Part shown: one piece after another, positions 22,502 to 33,800 of the stretch | Position numbering within the stretch: position 1 is the first letter of the stretch | Layout of the letters: each line of letters opens with the position of its first letter | Assembly: GCA_051362555.1 (NCBI GenBank) | Contig: CM120640.1 | Location: forward strand, 44,866,788-44,930,787 | DNA length: 64,000 bases | Direction of reading: 5' to 3' | From: Lingula anatina | Lineage: Eukaryota; Animalia; Brachiopoda | Program-made: the position numbers and the translations under genes | Notes under the pieces: model-generated | What the model saw: only the letters and a program-made list of their open reading frames with translations | What the model was told of the DNA's origin: nothing | The model's database searches: none

Positions 22502-23632
22502 CATACTAAGTATGTCATTTAATATGTAGATGACTACGCACGGAGTATTTTAATCAAAATGTGTATTATTTATGAACAAATCTTACTTCCTCATTCGTTG
22601 TGAAATATTACGACTTTGCGTTCGTTCATTTAAAGCCTGTGGTTAACATTTAATGACATTTGTCACCCAGTACTCTAGCTATTCAGACTAGGAGGGGTTT
22701 TTTTCTAGCAAGTACACGATTGACGACCCAGAGTCTATTCAACTTCTTTGTAATTGTCTTCAGGAAGCCACTTTCACCTACATGGTTGCCATCCAGTAGA
22801 GGTCGCTTAGTACAAACGGGCCAATTTTGTTTTACCCTTCTTTGTAGCGATTGAAGACAAGTGATTACCACAGAATGGGGCCATATATCTTTCTGAAATA
22901 CGATATGATATGAATGATATACTGTAACAATTTATATACCTATCTCCACGGGTGTCCATTTAAAGTACCACTCTTCAGACAACGTTCTGATATATGTTTA
23001 ATTCCGTCACAGGAATCCGCAAAGACCTCTAACTGTGCACTCATTAACCGGAAAATTCAGTGACAAGAATAATTTTGCTCGACAAGATTTGGTTCATAAG
23101 TAGGAGACTGCGATTACACTCATACATCTTATCTTCTAAATTGTATTATTTTATCTGTCCTTGTGTTGATTGAATCATTAATTACAAAATCAAATCACCT
23201 ACTACGATACTTCAAAGAGTTAAAAAGATATTTGAATTTTTTTAAACACCATTTCCCAGTATAACATTTCAAATGGGGGAAGTTTTCAAAATTTTAATCA
23301 CCCAGTACCATGAGACAGGTCCAGAAAAAATTGATCGGCATTTTGCCAACATTACAAACACATGTACTTATTGAGCGGGCGTTCACCCTCAACTGAATGA
23401 ATTTTTCTCACGCGAAGCGGAACTCCTTGATATGAATTTGATGTAATAGTCCACAGCGGTCATTATGATATACATTCAGGTTGCGCTTACATAACCCGCT
23501 CAGGTTTAAGTCGTGATAAAATAAGCGTGATAAATGGGATTGAAGTTAAAGTTAAGATAAAAATAGAAGGATAATGTGATCTCTCACACCTGAGATTAAA
23601 GAACAAAAGCAAACATGTGTAATCAAAAACTA

Positions 23633-23638
23633 TTTATT
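23633..23638 (-). terminator. Probable polyadenylation signal of the GPCR gene
   Basis: AATAAA on minus strand about 1 kb after the stop, followed by U/GU-rich sequence (gtttttgattacacatgtttgcttttgttcttt). Confidence 0.5.
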
Positions 23639-24621
23639 TGACAAATGAGAACAATATCAATATAAACAAATGTTTACCGTAACGTATAAAGATTGTCTCG
23701 AGCACGCACTCCATTCATCCATGCATTTTCATACCGTACCGTTCTCAGACATAAATTACATGCTCACTTTGTTATCTTAACCACGGTCAGTGATTTCAAT
23801 TCTAAGTTCAATGAGCCTTAACGAAATTAGCACCTATATTCAACGTATACATACCCTGCAGAGGTAAAGGGATAGATTTGAAACATGCATACGAACACAT
23901 TATATATCAATCAATATTTACAAAATATATGCAGGATGAAGTTACGTAATCAATAATAAAAGGGATAAAGAACTCGAAAAAGATTAACCTTTCTTAAGAT
24001 ACCAGCAAATCTCACCGAAGTGAATCTGAGTGGGAATCCCACTTACACCTGACTCTTCTCTTATTACTATGTAACAGAAACCCGTGCATGTTCCTTCACT
24101 ATTCCTTTCGACAGAATTCAGCTTTTGATCTTGCACGTTTAAGGTTTCACTCTTGACTTCACAGCAAGTCGGACGTATCCAGTCACTCTCATATGAAACT
24201 AGAGAAAAAAGGTCAATACATAGAACATCGGAAATGCTTGCGAGTCTTGTTCACTTGTCAGAGAGTCTAACAATGACAAATATATAAAAGGCCTGGGGAC
24301 CAAACTTTCACGCGGCTGTCGAGATGCTGACGGCAGCTGCTTTCTCGCTCGTCTCCACCATTATGATTTATAAATATGATATTACAGAATGTCATGATTA
24401 ATTGCAGACTTATATAATTTGTTTTCCAAGGCCCGCCGGAAATACGCACCCTTTGGTAAATTATGGCATCCATCATATTGGTTTTAGAAAACGACCACTT
24501 CACCATGTTAAATGTTACATTGAATTGTAAATCAAACTAAATTCAAATAAATCGAAATTAAACACTGACCGGGTATCTATTGCACAAATGCCATTGAAAA
24601 GAAACACTTTGAAACTGCCAA

Positions 24622-26214
24622 TCATCCAATAAAGAAATGAACACCATCCCCTTTAGTTCTAGTTATGTTATCAGCGCCTTCGGCCAAGTTTGACAAACTT
24701 GTACCTGATGAAGGGGATGCCATGGTCTTCATTTCTGTGTCTAACATTTCAGTCGTTGTTTTGAGATTACGTGTTTCCTGATTGTTGCAGTTTTCGACAG
24801 GTTCGTGGTGTTCGCTCGTTTGTCTGCCGTCTGTGTGATTGTCAAGCAAACTAATAGTAACAGCTTTCTTCATTTTTTCGTTGCCTGATGAAGTTGTAGA
24901 CGATGAGTCAGATCGGTTGATGGTAGAACTTGCTGAAAATGACCGAACCTTCAAACAATTCTGTTTTGTATCAACTCCTTGTAAAGCCTCTCTGTCTTTG
25001 GTTTCTTTAAAGCTAATGACACTTTTATTCCTTTGGTTATCTCTAAAATGCGATCGATCTTTCATGCACTTCCATTTTTTCCATAATCTCCGTAACTCCT
25101 TTTGAATCACTCTATTCCTGAAAACGTACACTATGGGATTGAGTGCACACGACGTAAAAGCCAGCCAAATGGACAAAACTTCCACCAAAGAAGGTATACT
25201 TGAGGGGTCCGACATAGTCGACTCGAGGACAATAATTATGAAATATGGTACCCAGCATATACAAAATGTCGACATCACGATCATGCCAGTTTTTGCTGCT
25301 TTACGATCATCTTTGTGAAAGAGCGAAATACTGCGGCTTAGAATGCTGCTTCGCCGTCGAAGCCCGTTGCTGCCAGCAACACCCTGAGCGCTCCCCCTCC
25401 TCGATCCCTCCCGGGGTAAGAGATCGTCGCTACTGAGCTCGGGTTGAACGCTATTTCGCCTTGCCCGCGCGCTCGTTTTCTGAGCTGCTCGAAATACAGT
25501 GATGTAAACCCATAATGTTATTAGAAAAGGAATGATAAAACATAATACTGATAAAAATATTGTGTAAAATTTGTCCTTTAAGACTTGTGTTCGCCACTTG
25601 ACAGTGCAGAGACATTTGTGCTTTTGGAATTCGATGTAGTTCCATCCGAACAGTGGTGGGATTGCAAATAAGCTAGCCAGAATCCATACCGCGCAGATCA
25701 TGAGATTGGCACGCAGTGTCGTGAACCTCATAGAATAATGCAGCGGTGAAGTAATAGCTGAGTATCTGTCCACCGATATGAGCAACAGAGTAAGAATACA
25801 CGCGGCGAAAAGCAGCGTGTTCGACACCCCCGTGACCTGGCACCAGAGGTTGCCAAAAACCCATTCCTGGGTCCACGCTGATGTCAGTGCAAACGGCATT
25901 ACGAGAAGTCCCATCAGAAAGTCACCCGCAGCCAGATTCAATATAAACCGATTCGATATAGTCAACAATGCCGACCGGCGCTTGTAAAATACTGCAAACA
26001 CTAAAAGGTTGCTGCAGATTGTGACTAGAAAAACCACTGACATTAATGTTACTGTTATGGCTATTTTCACGGGGTCATCTTCGACGCCACCGATCACTGC
26101 CATTTTCCCATTGTAGTCTGCTGCCACTATATTTTTAGAGAGGTTTGTCTCCAGTCCACTCACTATGGAAAAATTGCTTGCATGAGCAGCTGGCATGTTG
26201 TAAGTGTCAAACAT
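24622..26214 (-). CDS. GPR161: Class A (rhodopsin-like) GPCR, GPR161-like, 530 aa, single coding exon
   Basis: Seven hydrophobic segments; DRY, CWVPY and NPIVY motifs; LLTISNRFILNL, EWVFGNLWC, PPLFGWNYIEF and RVIQKEL resemble remembered GPR161 (LLTLSNKFVFSL, EWIFGVVWC, PPLFGWSSVEF, KTVRKEL). GPCR call is near certain; orthology (GPR161 versus GPR101-like or a paralogue) is less so. Confidence 0.8.
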   Translation of the reverse strand: MFDTYNMPAAHASNFSIVSGLETNLSKNIVAADYNGKMAVIGGVEDDPVKIAITVTLMSVVFLVTICSNLLVFAVFYKRRSALLTISNRFILNLAAGDFLMGLLVMPFALTSAWTQEWVFGNLWCQVTGVSNTLLFAACILTLLLISVDRYSAITSPLHYSMRFTTLRANLMICAVWILASLFAIPPLFGWNYIEFQKHKCLCTVKWRTQVLKDKFYTIFLSVLCFIIPFLITLWVYITVFRAAQKTSARARRNSVQPELSSDDLLPREGSRRGSAQGVAGSNGLRRRSSILSRSISLFHKDDRKAAKTGMIVMSTFCICWVPYFIIIVLESTMSDPSSIPSLVEVLSIWLAFTSCALNPIVYVFRNRVIQKELRRLWKKWKCMKDRSHFRDNQRNKSVISFKETKDREALQGVDTKQNCLKVRSFSASSTINRSDSSSTTSSGNEKMKKAVTISLLDNHTDGRQTSEHHEPVENCNNQETRNLKTTTEMLDTEMKTMASPSSGTSLSNLAEGADNITRTKGDGVHFFIG

Positions 26215-26812
26215 TTGTCCAGCTACCTCACGATTTTCTTCAGAAACATGAATATTTTAACACGCACCTAGTCCTTTTAAACATGTCCAGAGACTGTTCC
26301 GAGAATTGATTTTGTCAGCCTTTTCTTAGAATGTTCGATTATTGAGTACAACAAAAAGAAACCCTTGGCAAGCGCCACATCCATGGTTAGTAGCGTAGTT
26401 GTCAAACTTCAGATCGAATTCCCTAAATCTCTTGAAAAATCTCTTCCGTCCGTTCAAGACAATTTCTAGGAATGCTCCAAAGCTTTCACTGCGCTTCCAA
26501 TAATAACAATAATGAATGAACAGAATGGATTATGCATCCCACGTTGATGTTGCTCACTCGCTTTCATCGGCCGTTCTGATTCATCATGTTACATCGGCGA
26601 AGCGTGGATTGAAGCGAGCGAAATCAATTTACCGAAACCTGCTGAGTATGGTGATGGACCGTGCGGGCCATTCGAAGCCAGATCGTAACGTTTGTGATGC
26701 CTTCGCCGCGGACTTGATGAACCAACGGGATCGGCACCCAGCCTCTGGTCGTTAACAGGTTCGGCACAGCTACCTGGTGTGGGGGTGAAGCTGGAAATAG
26801 ACAGGCAAGAGA
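26215..26812 (-). other. Long 5' UTR part of the GPCR coding exon and its splice acceptor
   Basis: Minus strand tctcttgcctgtctatttccag (26812-26791) is a strong acceptor, giving a CpG-rich leader of about 575 nt with several uATGs. A candidate upstream donor AAG/gtaaga lies at 27998. Confidence 0.5.
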
Positions 26813-27249
26813 TTGTAACACACGCCTTACGTAAAACCAGATATAATTTACCTTTAAACTAATTAAATCAAACACGTGGTTAATTTATATCCGTTGATAA
26901 GCGCTTGGTTTTTATATACGGTTCCTGTCATTAATCAGTTACACTCACTGATATCTTACTACTTAATCATAGCTCAGTTTTATAGATATGCTTTCTCTTG
27001 ATTAATGACCTTCTTATAGAACGCATGACTGTTTTGCTTCATGGCATCACTGCTTATGTTCAGTTGCCTCATTAAGCTATATACCTGCATTAAAATGAAT
27101 CAGCTGGTGAAGGTAGATAATGAATATATGTTTCACACTAATATACCAGCGTGTCTGTGAAAGTCTTTTCCAATGTAAAATGAGTTAGGGCACAGATGAA
27201 AAGATGTGATAAAAACTTGGGACCTATACATGGTCATGCACATCATATA

Positions 27250-27422
27250 CAGGTGTGGCAGGAATGGCAGTCCTAGGAATGGAAGTCCGAGGTTCCGATA
27301 TGTTTAGTACAGGTTAGGGTAAGTCGGAGTGTTGGGGTTAGTATGTGGGACGAATGTCACCTGTACAAAGTGTTGGGGAACGGACTGTGGTTTCTAGCAG
27401 ACTACCATTCCTGTCACACCGG
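27250..27422. mobile_element. MITE with 23-bp imperfect TIRs and telomere-like GGTTAGGG interior
   Basis: CAGGTGTGGCAGGAATGGCAGTC versus reverse complement of GACTACCATTCCTGTCACACCGG (3 mismatches). Confidence 0.7.
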
Positions 27423-30400
27423 CTACACAGATCATCACAGCATCGTCTGCCTGTAACCTTGTACATAGCACAGCCGTGGGCACTGCGATCTGAATGACAT
27501 GATAATAATTTATAATCAACTGAAAGTTTTCATAATCATGTGGGAAACAATTTAACATCCTGGTATCCTACATACAGCAAAATTTTTATAGGTGGCGATT
27601 TGTGGGGGAGCAAACTTTATAGATAATCGGGGACGGTTTTAGAAACTCTGAAAATATTAAATCTAAAGTGCTATAACGCAAAATATCAATCAAATAACTA
27701 AAAGCTGAAATATAATACCGCTAAGTCTGGGAAAACTAGGGCATGCTTTATCAACTCGATTAATAACAAAATAATTACGTCGGCGCGCACTGAAAAGTAC
27801 GAGCGCAATGCGTGATCAAAATCATATCAACGAAAAGCTGATCAGATTGAAAGTAAACATAAATTCTTATTACACTGTGGGTTTTGCATTGATGACAAAA
27901 TATGGTCGAACTGCTCCAGATATAGAAAGCAAATACATTCTGGCAGAGAGACAAAACTGTAGTCGTTGGAGTCTCAGCTGAGAAAAATTTCTCTTACCTT
28001 GGCAACCGACGCATGCCTCCAGCAACAATAATAGTCAATTACCTTCGTTTTCAATCCGTACAGAAATTACGTCATAGGAGTCTTTGTAGTGAATAGGTAA
28101 ACTGGGCGACCTTTACCGTTAACTGACATTTTAACTATTGTCTCCAAGTCCGATTATTATAAGTTCTACCAAATATTTTCACAGATACCTATAAATTCAG
28201 TAGAATGTAGGAGATACTTAAACCTGTTTTTTAGGCTACATGGAAAGTAAAGGTTATTCATACTTAAAGCGAGCCCGTCTCACAAGCCTAATGTAATTTA
28301 CATTTTCCTCTTATCTAAATCCCTTAATTGCTGCGCCTGTTCTTTTATCTTATTACTTTGAAAAGCCTCCCATTTTGCCTGATTACGGCTACAAGTGATA
28401 CATCTGAATTTTTGTCAAACAGGAGCATAAATTCCATGTATATAACTGAAATAAAAAGACCAAAACTGAATACGCCAAGGAATCTATTCTTTTCACTGAT
28501 CCGGTTATCAGTATGTGTGATCTAGAAAGACAGATATGAAAGACTTTCGACGATATTAAGACACCCAATCTACGAAGATCAAGGTATCGGATTTCCATCA
28601 GAAGTAAAATTTGCACAAAACCCGTTGAATCAAAAAGACAGATCTGTACGAAGTGACCGGGCAAAGTCGACTACCAGCTAGGAAGAACACGACAACCTCA
28701 GGTGTTTTGAGAAAATGAACACCATTATGGCCCACTCAGCTAATGTACATTACGATTACGAGGGATTTTAGTCTTCTGTGGCGTATCAAACTTCCTTTTA
28801 AGTGTAATCCAGAGCTCAGTGCTCTCAAGTAGGCAGTCTTATTATTAAAACTTTTTTTAAGACAACTCACTGGAAGTATGACAGGCGCGTTTAATGTATT
28901 TGATGAGATAATGCTTTAAGTGAATCCTTCGTGTGTGGATTATAGAACTTAAGGTAGCTGTTGCACCTTCCCTAAACACATAGCTCATATTGTGACATAT
29001 CTGTGCATACGCACGCACGCACACTCACACACACACATTCAATCGGGATTAGTGTTAAATTTCGAAGGAAGGAAGCCTATGGACGGTTCACAGCTTATTA
29101 CAGCATGGCAGTTGTAGCAGCACACAAACCGGAGCAGAAACTCATTGATTCAATAGTATATAAAACCTACGAGGGTTTTAGCTGATTCACGTATATCCCG
29201 TGAACAGAATACCTTTGGTCGTACCTTGGGCAGGATAAGAGTAATACTTGCGTGTCTGGATCGAGTACTACAGAAAGTGCACATTACTAAATATCTTTCA
29301 ATACACAAAGGACCTGCATTCTTTTTCGCAAAAGAAAAGCTCAACGTTGGTTTTATGCAGGCTAGGGTTTTGTATTACAAAATTCTATAGGATTCGCGCG
29401 ACCTTGCTGCTAAAAGAAAACAAGGAACAAAGATGGTTACAAGATGAAAACAAAAATTTCGATTTTCATTATCAAAATTGTATGTTTTTGTGATTTAATG
29501 AAAAGATTGGGGATTGTGAAACAGCTTCTTCATAAGACATTCAACACTCCTAAAAACCAAAGGTGATATCTTATTGTGGCCTAAGGGGAATCTGCTTGTA
29601 TTCTGAAGCTACACACAACACATCAATGGGACTTGTTTTCAGTGAAGCTGGATGACGGCGGTTTTTGTCAGGACATTACGTTTTTTTTTCACCTGACAGG
29701 AATCGCGTAACAAAGAAAACAAATGGGAAGGTGATTGAATCATCTTGTATAGGAACATCCTATATAAATGTAAGGGCTTTGAACATCCCTGCCTTGCATA
29801 ATGAATCGACAATATATCCTGCATTGAATTGTAGTTGTCTTTTACTTGTTTGTAGACATAGATATATACAAACCTTGCTTCAAGTATACATAAACAGTTC
29901 CAAAGCATCCTCAAGTTTCGACTAATTATCACATAAAAGTCCCACAAATGTATCAAAAACAAAGGTCCCATTTTGTGTCTACCATGGTGGGCATTTTCTG
30001 TGACCGCGTCTCCTACTGCATAATGGTGACTTTTACTATTAATATGGAAAATTTTGACAACAAACATAGGGCATTACGTAATTGAAAACATATTCAAATT
30101 TAGAAAATGGCGTTATTTTCTGTTGGTGAGGTTTTCGGATCATGTCGCCACTTCACAAATGTATTAACTCAGATTGTTCAGCTGCTAGAATTCAAACGAC
30201 TCACTCACGCTGCCTCAGCCGAATTTAATATTGATAAGTCACATACTTCTAGCGATTTACGTCATTTTTCTATTTCAAAAATAAAGCCATTTATTTATTT
30301 TCACCAGATCTTTGTTTTCTTTTTGTGGGCTATTCACATATTGTCTAAAGATTTAAACGGTGCGTTGGATCCGGTGAAACTGGCATGTTTCTTCGAATAT

Positions 30401-30692
30401 AAAAGGCTAAGAGTTCATCTATTAGGGTCAGTGAACCCTCGGCGTTTATACAGTTGTTGAAATTAAGTTACTGCCTCTTTTCACGAGTAAAGCCCACCTG
30501 TAGGCTAGATACATTAAAATCGAAGTTTTTATGGCGCAATTTACTGCAAACGGCAGGGGAAAAGACCAAGGTCGGCTATCTGGAATTTATGGATACAAGC
30601 CTAAGCTGTGTCTCGTTTGCCTACAAGTTATTGCTGATCGTTTTAATAGTCCCTAAAAGAATTCACTTTCCTATCTTACGATAGATCCCCAG

Positions 30693-30830
30693 TACCCTCT
30701 ACCAGGGCCACAGGTTGATTTTTCACTAGATATTAACAGATATGTCTCTGGTTAAATAGATGGCTAATCTCTGCACTGCCTAAGCAAAAAATGTCCACAG
30801 AATAATAACTGCGGCCCTGGTAGAGGGTAT
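30693..30830. mobile_element. Short MITE with 21-bp TIRs and ATCCCCAG target-site duplication
   Basis: TACCCTCTACCAGGGCCACAG and CTGCGGCCCTGGTAGAGGGTA (1 mismatch); ATCCCCAG at 30685-30692 and 30831-30838. Confidence 0.8.
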
Positions 30831-33800
30831 ATCCCCAGTATGTCTTCAGTTCCCATGACTAGTATAGTATGACTCGAGATGCAAGAATATGATTTATACA
30901 CTGTCAGAAACCATAGTCAGCTCCAGTAATAGTGACTAATGCCGTGAAACCCTATTAAAAAGGGTGCGACGTAGGGATAGCCCTTATCTGACATGTTTTG
31001 CCAAGGTGCTACACAAAGAATGTGAAAATAATTAGACAGAAGTTAAATAAGCGTTTAAACCTACCTAGCCAAGTTAGACGGTGAAGGTCATATTTTCTCT
31101 AATGCTGCATGACATGGAAAATCCCTCTTAGGTGATCATATCCTTAATTATGACACGTAATATTTTATAGCCTACCCAAGGTCGAGAAGACGATTAAGGA
31201 TTGCACTTTAATGACAAGAAGCCAAATCATAAATTTGTTAGCGTACTTGCCGTTCCTGGCTGAAGACCACCCGAAGCAGAATTGTGGTGCTAAACAGCTT
31301 GAACATTCATCTACAACAAGAAATCCTTGCAACGCTTCTCCGTCAATACTCTAATAATTATTCAGTTTGTTTAAATCATCCACAGAACATGTGCATGGAA
31401 AACTTGCCTTCCTTCTACTGTTTTCCTAGGGCTTCCGATGAGCTCTACAAAATATCCGTGATTCAACAAGACGAAGGGAACAAATAAATTGTCCTCTCAT
31501 CTATATGTCTTTGGTCGGCTTGCCCTTTGTTAGAGGAGCACCAACTTCCTTGCCTTTGTATTCAAAGTGGCTCTGCGCCACTACAGTATGCAATACTTGA
31601 CTGCGCGCCCTGCGGCGGTTGGGAAATGACAGGGCTTTACTTAGCGATACCCATTTATAAATAGCAACCCAAGCGGTGAAATCCGACACTTAATTAATCG
31701 ATAGAGCCTAAAAATAGCTGGGGCCTCCGGCCGGCGCGTCGCGTTATACATTTAATATTTTCATCACGACTAACCCAACGTGTTTTTTCATTCAATGATA
31801 TCTCGCTGGTGCATTATCATTATTTCAATGACGGGTAATAAGATTAAATTCCCTTTTTTGACGATGTGGAACTCCACGGATGAGCAGTAATGTGGCAACT
31901 TGAAAGATCAATAAACAGATAACAGCTTGGAAAAGGCACTGCACATAAACAAAAGCCGGGCGTATGACCTTCTAAATTACTGCTTTAGTGAAATTCAACC
32001 TTGTCTCGCAAATATAGAAAATATTCATTAATTGCCAGAGCCAATTTCTCTAATAAATATTCTTCAATCTATTATATTGACCGCTGAGGCGTTATCTTGC
32101 TGGTATTCATATTTAGATCAATATTTCTGTTGTCGTAACAGATGGACTGCAGGCAGCTGCTGCCAAAGTTACAAACGGCTTTCAAATGTAGTGTAGACTT
32201 CATGTCTCACAAAAGCCTTGGGCCACCTGTCCTTGAAGCCACGTTGGGCAAAACTTTTTTGATCTTATACATGTACTGTATGCTTATGTGCAGTGCATTA
32301 TAATCATATTAAATCATACATCCCTCATAGAGTTTTATGAATATAGGCTTAGTGAATTATAATATATAAAATATTGTACATTGCTCAAGTATGTAATAAA
32401 CGCTGTCTATAAGTTGGAAAAATCATCCCCTCTTTACTTCATATTTTATTTGGTTTGAGTTATTAAAACATCTGCTTGCACTACCTTATCATATCAAAAT
32501 GAAATATGTATTAGCGAGCGAAATGGTGGCTTCAAACAATATTGCGCATATGAAGTAACAGTGCGCCTTGGTGAGAGTCAGACAAGTCAGTCATAGGTTT
32601 TACATTTTAATTAATTAAAAATGTACTTTGAAATTGAATTTGAAACTCTTGCACACCTAGCGATATTATGATAATCGTATAAGGCCGTTGCAAGTGACGT
32701 TATGAGCAACATTTTACCTCGCGAACCGGCAAGAAGAGCCCAGGGGCTGGTTTGGCAAAACCGTTAAACTAACAGCCCCAACACTGGTCTAAACCTTTGG
32801 GTCCAAATTTTTTTCTACGTCAGCAAAAGAAATCCATAGTAGTCCACTACAGACTACTATATAGTATGTTATACAGTAAGTATTGGTCTGAAACATTAGC
32901 CACGCCTCTCCTGCTATACTAGGCGCAGCATTCATTTGGACTACTTCCGATCTATTGTGAAAAATGTTACAGAAATAAACACAGAAATGATTCTTTATGC
33001 ATATACATAAATATATCTGCTCAAATGGAAATATTGTCATTTACGGGAGTAAAATTGCCTGCTTAATGTGCATAGTGTAAGATTTTCCCGCAAAAACTCA
33101 TCCCATCGAGCTCGATTTTCGCGTAGACGGGTGGCAAGATTTGTCAGGAGCTGGTAAATTTTATTTGTTTATGCAACATTAATTTATAGCATTCATCTGT
33201 GAAAAAATGATTTAAAAATATTACTTGTCGTCAGAAAAGTAAAAGAAGTACTTAACGTGTGTTTCACATCCTATATTTTGTCACTTAAAAAACATTCAAT
33301 TTTCTCCTCTTCTCCGCTACATGGCATAAACAAGCACATTATAATCACATACCTCGGAAGCCTCAGCTTCGAAATATTTCTCCGATCCCTTCGGTCATCT
33401 GCCATAAATTGTGAAATCTACAGGTGAGTTCTATCATAACTCCTCAATTTATGTCAAATTTTGATGGGTTTGGTTTTTTTACTTTAAAAGTGACAGTGGT
33501 GCTATTAACCTCGCAGAGGTGGGGTGGTCACGGGTGTGAAAAATAAACTACATCATTCACCTTGTATTGCATGGAAATGACAGATATACCTGATACCCAG
33601 TCTTTATAGTATCTCTTCAATCTCGTGCGCATGTCACCTGTTTATACAATGGGCTTCAGACAAAACGATGAAACTAGCTGTCACACTGAGCTTACAGAAG
33701 GAGTGATGAGGATATTGTATGTCAACGACTAACTGCTGTATAACTGACTCCTATCAACTGTCAACGCTCATTTCTATTCACGTGAAAGACAGTGACGTTT

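Noticed and set aside
26905-26920. TATA box (TATATAAAAA, minus strand) as the GPCR promoter
   Set aside because: Possible, but a strong splice acceptor at 26791 suggests this lies in an intron; it cannot be resolved without transcript data.
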